From NCBI GenBank assembly GCA_002269645.1, contig NIVC01000432.1, positions 124,001-188,000 on the forward strand: a stretch of 64,000 nucleotides of DNA, read 5' to 3'. Under the pieces are notes generated by a model. It did not search any database. It was given only the letters and a program-made list of their open reading frames with translations, and was not told where the DNA came from. This DNA comes from Macrostomum lignano. Taxonomy: Eukaryota. The first letter of the stretch is position 1. Each line of letters begins with the position of its first letter. Shown here in pieces: positions 34,926 through 46,595 of the stretch. Made by a program: the position numbers and the translations under genes.

Positions 34926-37900
34926 ACTTAAGCATGATTGAAACAAAAGCATCTTTTTAAATTAAAATAATAGGTCAGCTTAACAAACTAAATAATACCT
35001 TCGTTTTTTAAATAAATAAGTATTGCAAAGACAAAGTAGTTACTGCTAAATTAAGGGCTAACTTTTTATATTTTTTGTCCAATTCTAATTTATAATTTAG
35101 GCATCAAGAAACAAACTCAGACACCAAAATCCTAGGCACAAAAAAGTACAAAAAGCACAGGCATTGAAAAGTGTGGATACCCTGCAAAAAAACTAATTTT
35201 AATAAAAGTTGAAAGCTATAGTCCAGATTATGCTGGGTGCATGCCCAAACAAAAATTTGATAGTTACAAATGCACCCCAAAAAAATTGAATGCATGCCCA
35301 CTCTTAAAACTCCACCCATGTTGCAACAATAAATGAACTTTTTTACATTGTGACAATAAATTACCTTTTTTTCATTGTGTAATAGACCCTTTTTGACAAA
35401 TAATTTTTCTACTTTTTTGGTGATACTATTTATAATAAAAAATTGATACATGCAAAAATTGTTTAAATGCCTTATTATGAGCTTAAAAACCTGGAAAGTG
35501 GGAAATTTATGCTTAAAAATGAACTTTTTTTTACCTTTTTCTACTTTATAATAACTTTTCTGCATGATTCTAAAGTGTACATTAGGTGTATTTTCTCAGG
35601 AATGATGCATATCAACTGTGCATGCTTACTTTTGGCATGCAAGGCCAATGCATGTCCAAATTTTTGGGCATATACTATATAATCCAGAGTGTGGGTTGAA
35701 AGCAAGTGTTTTGCAAATGAATAACTTTGCAAGGCAATTAGACATTCATAGAATAAAAACAAATATAGATTATATATATATATAATACATTATCAAAAAA
35801 TAAATTTTTAAAAATGGGAGGCTTATAATAAATAGGCCCTATGGCTATGGCTTGCCTTTATTATTGACATTAGAGACTATAGGCCTATTAGGATAATAAC
35901 AAAATAAATCATATTTTTTATAGATATGGCTTATTAATTTAAAGCTAACACTTACAAAAAGTAGAGACTTTGTCTTTAAAAATTTAAAATTGAAAACCAT
36001 AAGTTTGAACAAAAGTCATTGTAATATAAAGATAAAGCAAATATAATATTAAAAAGATAGGTATTTGTCATTACCTTGACCAAACTAGTCTGTGACTAAA
36101 TAGGCCTAGACTTGGGGGTAAAACATCTGTAACTAAAAGAGTTTATAGGGGCAAAAACAACTGGTTACCTAAGTAATAGACTAGGTAGAATTGTGATCCA
36201 GATCTAGTAGGCATCTTGCTCTTAATGTAGGCCATCGCCATTATAGGCTATAGCATTTAGGCGTATAGGGCTTAGGTTTAGGCCTACTTTTCATAGAATT
36301 TCATATTTCTTAATATATTATTAATTATATATAGGTATAGAATCTCATAAATTCTCATATTTTCATAAAAACTTAAAACTAGTGTCGTTGTAATGTAATG
36401 ACAATGTAATAAAAACTAACATAAATGATAACTATCAGTGATACAGACAGACAGATTAAAGGCATTAAGGCTTTTTCTGAATTTTCACAAGCTTTTTGAC
36501 TGCAGCAAATAAATTCAAGTTAAATACAATAATTGAATTAAAAAGATCAAATTATCATTAGTTAGATTTTAATTTAAAAAGCACAACAATTTTACCCGGG
36601 TCGTAAATTCTCAAAAGCTATAACAAAAAAGGGAGTATAGCAGTCCTGTCTAGAGAGTAAATTGTTTTTTCTCAAAACAGAAAGGGCACCCAGGTTTGCT
36701 TTCAATAAAAAACACACTCAATGATTACCTAATCCAAATTAAATTTGTTATCGAAAGAGGCGAAAATTCATGCGTTATTCAAAAGTTCTTTTAATGAAAG
36801 GTTCGAGAGCTATCGATCGACTGACTGACTGCTAAACCTGCGGTGTCGACGTAACACCGACCTCTGATCCATGCCTTATCTTTCTTATAATTCCATGATA
36901 TCGTATCGTGATCGTCTCAAGATAAATAAATCTTAAACTAAAGTGAAACTGAAACCAATCGCAATCGCCGCGATGCTGAAAAATAAAAATACAATCGAAT
37001 CATTTTTTTCATGCGGTCAGCCTGAGCTTAGTAGGCCCTGGTATTAGCAAACTCTTGTAATTAAGCGTCAGTTTCCGTTTTACAAATGTTATTACTAATA
37101 CTTTTGTAGTTTGGTTTAAACCTAATCTGTTTAATTGTTTAACTTTTAGTTTAGTACCTTTTAATGAGTCATTGACAAAAGACTAGGGGCCTATAACACT
37201 GACAGGCCTCCAGACTGGGTCCTACCCCTCTAGGCTATATTTAGGCCGATCTTCAACAACAATAAAGTCGCCACCTTTTAGAGTGTGCTATAAATTATAG
37301 CTCAGTATTGACTTAGTTTTAAGTGACACAATTTGTGCCATGCGATGCAGAGTTGGGCTAGGCCTAACGCTGCCTAAGGAGAGATTGGGAAGAGTAGAGG
37401 GCAAAGATTGGATGGATTAAAGCTTCTGACCAGTTTTCATTGTTTTTTCAAGCATTTTTTATCAATATGGCTGGCTATATAATAAATGCTAGTCAAAATG
37501 GGCAATGGCTAAAGTTCTATCACTATATTTTATTTTCTAATAGCTAGCCTAGGCTCTATTCTATATGGCTATTGGCTATGCCTATAGAAATATGGATCTA
37601 GTAATGCCTTATAAATGTATATAAAAATATGAGGCCTACAATGTATTTTTCCTATCTAAAAATGAAATTTTTGGGACAAAAATGCTAGGCCTATAACTTT
37701 TTTATTACTCAACCAAAATTAATAAGTGAAGCCATTTTGTGATACTATTATTGTCCATATAAAGGTTTCACAACAGATATTTAGACAGACATTCAAAGTG
37801 ATTGTAACTTTTAACAAAATTGAATCACTTCAACTATCTTTTAAGCAAATATTTACGTAGGTGTTAGGCGTCTAATAAGCTTTAATTTATTTACTGAAAT

Positions 37901-37946
37901 AAAAAGCTTTCTAACACATTGATTGACATACTTTTTTATGTATGTC

Positions 37947-38241
37947 TTTAAAATGACACCTTAGGCATCGCAAAAGACAGCTTTGATGCTAAGATATTCA
38001 ACACTAAACATTGCTTTGCACAAACTCATTCAGAAATTTCACTGATTTTTTTATCAATATTTGTGCAGCTGCCGTGTCCTTGTTTTTCATCAGAATCTTG
38101 TCAAATTCCAGTCATGTCTATATGCATGTCTCAGCTTTAAAATGACACATCAGGCATCACAAAAGACAGCTTTGATGCTGAGATATTCAACATTGAACAT
38201 TGTTTTGTTCGAATTCACATTCAGAAATGTCACTGATTTTT
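37947..38241 (+). repeat. Diverged direct repeat of about 105 bp (37947-38050 and 38136-38241)
   Basis: TTTAAAATGACAC...AAAAGACAGCTTTGATGCT.AGATATTCAACA...CACTGATTTTT is present twice. Confidence 0.75.
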
Positions 38242-38512
38242 GTGTTGAATACTAAGTCTTTGGACTAAATAGCTTTATGCAGCCTTGAGATATACCATGC
38301 AATAGTTGTAGCTAAGCTATTGGGTGTATGTTAATTATTTAAATTTGGATAGGTATAATCACTTATTATGAATTTTATATTTTTAGCTACTTAAACATCA
38401 AAAAATGCATAATTTTTTAACACTAATGTTATTATTTTTAAAATAGTTTTTCAAGGCCTAATGAAAATGCTATTGGAACCCTAAATCCTATAAAAATCTC
38501 TACCATTATCTT

Positions 38513-39177
38513 GGGTCCATGAGAATTGCCCGCAGACGTATTGCCCGCCGAGATTTGCCCGCAGGAGATTTGCCCGTGGAGATTTGCCCGCCAAGCTTTT
38601 CCCGCGGAGATTTGCCCGCAGTGCATTTTGCCCGTGAGCAAATTGCCCATGGAGATTTGCCCGCCGAGAATTGCCCGCCGAGATTTGCCCGCAGTGCAAT
38701 TTTCCCGCGAGTGAATTGCCCGCGAGCGAATTGCCCGCCAAGTTTTTTCCCGCCGAGGTTTGCCCGCAATGCTTTTTTCCTGCAGCGCATTTAGCCACGC
38801 GTCAGATTTTGTCTGCATTGCCTTCCCAATGCTTTGTACGTGTTAATCTCAATAAAGAGATTTACACAATCAAAACATTTTGATAGTAACTGCATATCAA
38901 ATGCATATTTTGGGGGGAGCAATGTAAACAGAATCTAGCTGCCAAATGCGCTGCAAAAAAGCATTGCAGGCAAACCTCGGCGGGAAAAAACTCGGCGGGC
39001 AATTCGCTCGCGGGCAATTCACTCGCGGGAAAATTGCACTGCGGGCAAATCTCGGCGGGCAATTCTCGGCGGGCAAATCTCCACGGGCAATTCGCTCACG
39101 GGCAAAATGCACTGCGGGCAAATCTCCGCGGGAAAAGCTCGGTGGGCAATTCATCTGCGGGCATTTCTTGTGCTCCC
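38513..39177. mobile_element. Foldback/MULE-like non-autonomous element
   Basis: 9-bp TSD CATTATCTT at 38504-38512 and 39178-39186; GGG...CCC termini; inverted arms of about 280 and 235 bp built from 15-bp TTGCCCGC units; spacer of about 150 bp. Confidence 0.85.
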
Positions 39178-39388
39178 CATTATCTTAAATATCTATGTAA
39201 TTGCTTGCCAATTCAATCTTACATTACACAATTATATATACTAGTATGTACATGTATTGTAATAGGGCTTTATATAAATTTATTAAGTGCCTTTGAGTCA
39301 TTTATTCTTTTTGTTTAAATTTAGCTATTTTTCCTATCTGTTAGTCATTTTAATTTGAACTTTTTCTGACTCAAGAAAGCTACAAAAT

Positions 39389-42165
39389 ATGAACAGTCAA
39401 TCAACTGCAGTTCATGAGCTGCCTATTGTTCAGGCCAAAAGCGATGAACTCAAAGCCCAATTGAAGGCGCAGTATGAAAAGGTAAAGCAACTGAATTCTA
39501 GTGCTTTGGTCAAAGGTGACACCTGGGCTGTGGTGTCAGCGCGTTGGGTGAAGCTGTGGAAAGAATATGTTGGTGCTGAAGCTTTCTATGCAAACAAGCT
39601 GGGCGATGAGAACTATCACCCTGGACCAATTGACAACTCTGACCTCATTGAACCCGATGGGAAATTAAAGGAGGGTCGGTTGGCCGAGATCGACTACTTT
39701 TTCATGCACAAAGAAGCGTGGGATCTGCTGGCCGAGTACTACAAGACCAAGCAGTCAGAACCAATCTTTCGCAAAGTAATTGAGAAAGGAAAATTCACAC
39801 GAACCGTAGAAGTCGAGGTCTACCTGTTGGACATGAAGCTGGCAGAGCTGGCCAACCCCGACAAGGTCATCAGCCATCGGTTCTCACGCGCCTCCCTGTT
39901 CTCTGAAGTCGAATCCACCATGAGGTCGCTGTTCAAAGTGCCCGACGATCGAGAGACGCGACTGTGGGTGTCGCTTAGCGGCACGCACTATGAGTTACTT
40001 ACTGACAAAGATCAGGCTCTGGAGAACCAGGTGTACAATAATCAGTACCTGGTGCTAGAGGTGAAGGGTACCGACGATAAGTGGCCACGCGGAGACGCAC
40101 CGGGAAGCTTTACCATATCTCAAAACAGCAGCTACCTGCAAGGCACCGGTGGTCGGTTCAGCGCAGCCTCCTTTGCCAATGCCGGCTCTGGCAGTCAGGC
40201 GTCCGGCAGCGGCAGCAGCCAGCTGGAGCAACGCCGCAGCGCGACGCCCGGCTTGTGCGGTCTGTCCAACCTGGGCAACACGTGCTTTATGAACTCGGCT
40301 CTGCAGGCTCTGAGCAATGTTCAAATGCTCACTGAGTACTTTCTGTCTGAAAAGTGGAGGGAGGAACTGAATCCGGACAATCCCCTTGGCATGCACGGTG
40401 AAATCGCCAGGCGGTACGGAGAGCTGATCCGGGATATGTGGTCTGGTAAGAATTGGCACATCTCGCCACGTAGTTTCAAGTATGCTGTAGGGCAGTTTGC
40501 TCCGCAGTTCTCCGGCTTTCAGCAGCAGGACGGCCAGGAGCTCATGGCGTTTCTTCTCGACGGCCTGCACGAGGACTTGAACCGCATCAAGAAGAAGCCC
40601 TACGTTGAATTAAAAGATGCTGACGGCCGTAGCGACCACGTGGTGGCGAAAGAGGCCTGGAACGACTACAAGTTGCGCAACGATTCCATCATCGTTGATC
40701 TGTTTCACGGTCAGCTAAAGTCCACGCTTATCTGTCCTGATTGCCGCAAGGTGAGCGTCACCTTTGATCCATTTTGCTACCTAAGCCTGCCGGTACCCAA
40801 GGAACGCAATCGACTATTGGCATTCTTCTTTGTTAGCAAGGATCCAACTAAGCCACCATTGAAGTGCAAAGCGCAGGTTCCCATTGAGGGCCAGATTACC
40901 GATCTGTGCAAGGCCATTGGCCAGCAGTTCAAGGTGAAGCCTGACCACCTGCTTGTTGCCGACGTTTACAACAATAAATTTCACAAGGTGTACGCTTCGG
41001 ACGATTCCTACACCAGCATATCAAACGAGCGCGATTACATCTACGTGTACGAGCTGGACGCACCTGCCAATAGCACCAAACATGCCGTAGTGAAGGTTTA
41101 CTTCGTCACCACGGCCAAGTATTCGCACGCATTCGGCCTGCCAATTGTGTTCTCCGTGCCGCTGACTGACATCACTTACGCTAACCTGTTTCAAACGGTT
41201 ACAGAGAGGTCTTGTAGAATGCTGACGCTTAATTCGCCGGATCCGAAGAGTGCCACCTGGTGGAAGGACCATTCGTCAACTAAAGACGACGAGGGCATCT
41301 GCGACAGCGGCGAAGATGATGAAGCATCTCCGCAGAGCCCGCCGCCATTGTTTGTTCTTCGCCGATCGAACGCCAACCTGACAACTGAAAACGACCTGCT
41401 TGAAGCCAATTCCAGTGAAGCAGAACCGCTGTCGGTCTCCTCCGACCTCTACTTAATGGCTCGCTTTCATCCAAAGGCAAAGTTCTACTTTTGCAACGAG
41501 CAGAACGCTGTTCACTTTGAACGTCACTCGTCCGCTAGTATGATAATGCAGAAGCGGACGCACCACCTGGAGGACTGTCTGAAGCTATTCACCGAAGAGG
41601 AAAGGCTAGGCAAGAAGGACGCCTGGTATTGTCCGAAGTGCAAAGATTTCAAATGCGCCTCAAAGAAATTCGACCTGTGGTGCATGCCCAAGGTGCTAGT
41701 AATCCATCTAAAGCGATTCCATTACGATCGTTACTATCGCAACAAGATTGACGATCTAATTGAATTTCCAACTCGCGGCTTGGACATGACCAACTGGCTG
41801 CTGAATCCGGAGGTGCAGGACTGCGCCACGTACGATCTGGTCTCGGTAGCCAATCACTATGGCTGCCTTGGGGCGGCCACTACACGGCCTACGGTATGAA
41901 TTATCGCACTGGCAAGTGGCACTACTTTGACGACAGCAGCGTCAGGGAGAGCAGCGAGTCCGAAGCGGTCACAAAAGCCGCTTACGTGCTGATTTATGTC
42001 CGACGCGATCTCATGCCGCGGCTTGGCGATTCGTCGGCCTCCGTTGATGGCGTCGCTGCCGATGCAGCTTCGCCAGGTGGCGCCGATCGAATCGACACGG
42101 ACGACGATGATATCGCCGACAAGAAGGATGGCGGCAGCCTGCCGGAGCCAATGGAAGTCAATTGA
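39389..42165 (+). CDS. USP15: Intronless USP4/USP11/USP15-family deubiquitinase (DUSP-UBL-USP catalytic domain), about 925 aa if one G is restored at 41870-41873
   Basis: DUSP (PGPIDNS), UBL, Cys box [34 protein letters not shown] and two CxxC motifs. The His box NHYGCLG[G]GHYTAYG...WHYFDDSSV continues in the next frame after a G4 run. Orthology within USP4/11/15 is not resolved. Confidence 0.85.
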
Positions 42166-42288
42166 TTCACCATTAGACTGTCGCTATGTGCTTTTTTCAA
42201 TTTAAACACTGAAAGAGAAGTTACCAGGATGTTTTCATGGACTCGAAGTATTTGTTTAAAATTATTTGTCGTAATATGACTGAATAGA

Positions 42289-42437
42289 ATGGATTGCTAG
42301 TCTAGCTAGTTCAGAAATGAAATTATGTAATGGATTGCTAATCTAGCTAGTTCAGAAATGAAATTATGTAATGGATTGCTAATCTAGCGTGTTCAGTAAT
42401 TAAAGTACGGTGTATGTGATGGAATGCTAATCTAGCC
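42289..42437. repeat. 41-bp unit x about 3, 3' of the USP gene
   Basis: ATGGATTGCTAATCTAGCTAGTTCAGAAATGAAATTATGTA repeated. Confidence 0.8.
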
Positions 42438-44481
42438 AACACGGAAGTGGCAGTTTGATTGGATCATTAGTAAATTAGGATTGCTAACATTACGTAAATA
42501 TGGATGTAGAAGTTTAGGATATGCTAATCAGGCCAATCCTTTATTGTTTCCAAATTTTAAGTGCCAGCTTCACTCCCGATTCAATGTATCCCAACCATAT
42601 TTTGTGTGTATGCTTTTGCTATGTAGAATCTGCAGGCATATGTCGAAGTTGAATGCTAAGGAGGCAGAGTTTCAATAGGCAACGCCTGTGACATTGCTAT
42701 TCTCGATGCCCTCTGAAGTTTTATAAAGCCTTTCCCAGTTTCCCTCTCCCATGAAATCTGCTTATTGGCCGGCTTTTTTACAATCTTGTAACAATTGCTT
42801 CTAAACAAATAATTATATAGATAGAGACAACTGTTAGCGCCCCCTAAGCATCAATTGCACACGTCTTAGGTTGATGTATTATTATGCTCATACGCTGGCT
42901 CTGCTTTGGTTATATATAATTACTATTTTTATACCTGCTAATTGATTGTCAGTCCTATTAACTACAATATTTATGCTTTGCTTATTCAAGAATTTTTCTG
43001 TTGTGAAATTGAAACATCTGCGACTTGATGTGGTCTTAACACCAATTTATTTTTGTGTAATTTTAATTCATGCATCATCTTTCTAATCTGGTTTTACTCA
43101 AAACTTTTGTTAACCTACCAGAAACCTTATCTTCACCGCGTAAAACTTAACAATATCATTTTCCTGGCAATTAATATTTCATTTTTGTTGTTTGTTATTT
43201 TTGTTTGCAAGATGTAATGAAAACTCGATTTGATATTTAAAAAAGTTAATCTTCTATTGTTCTCCTAACTTGTAATGAAATTTAGGGATTAAAATGTGAT
43301 TTTGACCTATGCGTGGGGCAGTCTGGCTGGAGAGCAGTGTTACTGCTGATCTTAGCTCATCATTAGTAAGCCGCAGGTCCACACTTTTATTGTCGCTGGA
43401 TAATGGCAAGTCTTTAATATAACTTTAATTTCAGAGGCTTTGGATTAAAAGTTTCAGAGAGCAAGGTCTGTCATAGACTCACACAACAGCACGCATCTAA
43501 AAAATCTAATTTTTACTGGAACAAAGAAGATAATTAAAGCAACTGGATTTCCAAGCAATTGGAAAGCACAAACAAGTCTTTAATTGGACGTCAATTCAAC
43601 AGTTGAAAATTAAGCAATCAAAGAATTCTACCCTTTGTCTATAGCCAATTGTCTCTGAACTTTGATTCATCTTACAGAAGAGACTTGACGCTTTCCAGCG
43701 CGGCACCAACTGTGTGGGCCTGCGGTTTATTAACGATGGGCTGCGATCAACAGTCTAAATATACTAAATCTCTATAATAATACTTTTTTCCGAACACCCC
43801 TTATAATTTATTGGCTCATCACCATTTATTTTTTACTTTTCTTCTGGGTTTCTTTGAATGATAGAATTCCAAAAAAACCAAATTTTAGGGTTTATTTTAT
43901 TTCATATTTATTCAGGATCTTGTTAAAATTTCAACACCTAAAAATTTTTGTAGTTTTCCTGCCTTTTTGTTTTTTTTCATATTTCAAGACCGAAAATATA
44001 AACCAACAGGCTAATAACCCATATGTACGGTTTGTTATTAATTGTTATTAACGTAGTTAAGACCGTCTTTCTTTTTAATTGACAATTTCCGTTGAAGCGT
44101 AAAATATATTCGTCTTTGTCGCTTTAAATTTGTCTCATTTCCGTTTATTTTCTCTGCTTAGATAAAAACAGTACCCTTAAAAATCAATTGTACATTGACT
44201 GGCTGTTATACGTACAACACTGCCCGTACGCAGCCTAGCCAACCCACGGCGCCCGCCACCCCAATCTCTACCCCATGTTGTACATTCGCCCAGCTGAATA
44301 AGCCCGCAACCCCTTCTAACCGCGGCTTCACCGCCCACGTGAATGTAAAAATGCGATAAAAGCTCTTATCTTTACAACGCCTCAGGCCACTTGGGCTAGG
44401 TCTCCTAACCGAATACGGCAATGGTAATGAGTTATTAAGAAGATTGTAAACAAATAGCACTAGAGCTTACATTACTATGAA

Positions 44482-44573
44482 TAGTTCCGCGGGTCAAAGA
44501 TTGTCAAATCAATGTACAGTTTGTTCAAACCCGTGTTAAAATTTATTCAAGCAATCTTTGGCCCGCGGAGCTA
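44482..44573. repeat. Short inverted repeat with 22-bp arms
   Basis: TAGTTCCGCGGGTCAAAGATTG / CAATCTTTGGCCCGCGGAGCTA, with two mismatches. Confidence 0.6.
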
Positions 44574-45320
44574 CTAGCACTAATGTGAACGGGTTTTAAG
44601 TGTAGCTGTATTATTGATTTTATTCAAACTGCAATTGTCACATTGGTCCATGGATCAAATTAATCCACCGTGTACAATTATATTCTGGGGTATATTGTTC
44701 GTAGAAAAATAAGATTTTCTTCTTTTCAATTCACTAGGATGCCCGATGGTCGTATCTACGAGCATATTTTCAGTTTGTCTTTTTTGAAAGTCTTGTTGAT
44801 AAACGTAAAAAATTATACGTCTTATCTTAACAATAAGCCAACTCGTTATTGTTTTTTGTATGTCATAAATTTCTCTGTTAAAATTTGTTTGTTTTTCCTA
44901 AGATTAGAAGCTATACGTACTAGGAAGTTCAGGTATTTAGTCTTAATCTGGGTTCAAAATCTTGCTACCAAATCCCATTAGCAAACTTATAAAGTTGGGA
45001 ATTTCTCATCCCTTTGGATGCATTGTTTGAAAAACTGTCAAATGATTGTTTTATTAATTTTCGATGATAGGTTTTTCAAATTAAAAAAGGACATTATTTA
45101 ATTATTGTGTTGCTACAACTCAACATACACACATGAATTAATTGCCCTTGCCACTTAGCGTTTGCAGCGCATTAGAATTTGTGACTATGAATCAAGATTT
45201 TCTTTTACTTCCTTTTGTTCGATAAAGACGTAAATTCTGTCTGCAAATAATGCATGACATAAACTGCTTGAGCGCACTGTGACATGTACAGCAATCCTTG
45301 AATTATTAAATCCGTGAGCT

Positions 45321-46073
45321 ATGGAACTGCAAGTCATATTGAAAGCGCAGTACAAAAATGTAAAGCAGCTGAATGCTATTGCATTGGAAAAGGGCGACAT
45401 CTGGTCCTTAGTGTCAGCGCGTTGGGTGAAGCGGTGGAAACAATACGTTGGTGCTGAATCTGATTGTGCTAACAAGCTGGGCGATGAGAACTATCACCCT
45501 GGACCAATTGACAACTCAGATATCATTGACTCCGATGGGAAATTAAAGGAGGGTCGGTTGGCCGAGATCGACTACTTTTTTATGCACAAAGAAGCGTGGG
45601 ATCTGCTGGCTGAGTACTACAAGACCAAACAGTCAGAACCAATCTTTCGCAAAGTAATTGAGAAAGGAAAATTCACGCGAACCGTAGAAGTCGAGGTCTA
45701 CCTGTTGGACATGAAGCTGGCAGAGCTGGCCAACCCCGACAAGATCATCAGCCATCGGTTCTCACGCGCCTCCCTGTTCTCTGAAGTCGAATCCACCATG
45801 AGGTCGCTGTTCAAAGTGCCCAACGATCGAGAGACGCGACTGTGGGTGTCGCTTAGCGGCACGCACTATGAGTTACTTACTGACAAAGATCAGGCTCTGG
45901 AGAACCAGGTGTACAATAATCAGTACCTGGTGCTAGAGGTGAAGGGTGCCGACGATAAGTGGCCACGCGGAGATGCACCGGGAAGCTTTACCATATCTCA
46001 GAACAGCAGCTACCTGCAGGGCACCGGTGGTCGGTTCAGCGCAGCCTCCTTTGCCAATGCCGGCTACTCTTAG
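45321..46073 (+). CDS. Truncated paralog of the USP gene encoding only DUSP+UBL (250 aa); may be a pseudogene
   Basis: Collinear with roughly 39445-40190. Homology ends at 46065 and junction sequence supplies the stop. No catalytic domain. Confidence 0.7.
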   Translation: MELQVILKAQYKNVKQLNAIALEKGDIWSLVSARWVKRWKQYVGAESDCANKLGDENYHPGPIDNSDIIDSDGKLKEGRLAEIDYFFMHKEAWDLLAEYYKTKQSEPIFRKVIEKGKFTRTVEVEVYLLDMKLAELANPDKIISHRFSRASLFSEVESTMRSLFKVPNDRETRLWVSLSGTHYELLTDKDQALENQVYNNQYLVLEVKGADDKWPRGDAPGSFTISQNSSYLQGTGGRFSAASFANAGYS

Positions 46074-46595
46074 AAGGGTGCCGACGATAAGTGGCCACGC
46101 GGAGACGCACCGGGAAGCTTTACCATATCTCAGAACAGCAGCTCAGCTCAGTCTACCCGGTCAGCGCAGCCTAACTTGTGACCAAGCACCCACAATCGTA
46201 AACCGAGATACGAGTAGTTTTTTGTTAAAGTAGCTGATATTTTTTCAAATTACTTTTGATACTTACTAAAATATATTTGGTATCTTTAACCCAATAGAAA
46301 ATTTTATCGCTCAAGTATTTTTTTTTAATTTCTACTTTATTATATTGTGTCCTAGAAAGTCGGATAGAATTACATGTTACTACTAACTAAGTAGCTTAAA
46401 TCCTTTAGGATTTGTTTAAATAAAGAGTATCAATCCTGATAACATATAACAAATCATATTGATGCGTGCAGAATCAATGTTGTCTTCATTAAAGAATGAT
46501 TAGAAAAGGCATCGGATCAACAAGCTTCTGATTGGCTGCGATTGAAATAAAGTAACCACAGCCAGCGCAAGCCAGCTGCAGGCTCTGCTGCAGAA

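Noticed and set aside
44205-44450. tRNA A-box-like TAGCCCAAGTGGCCTGAGGCG on the minus strand
   Set aside because: No convincing B box, cloverleaf or tail. At most a decayed SINE.
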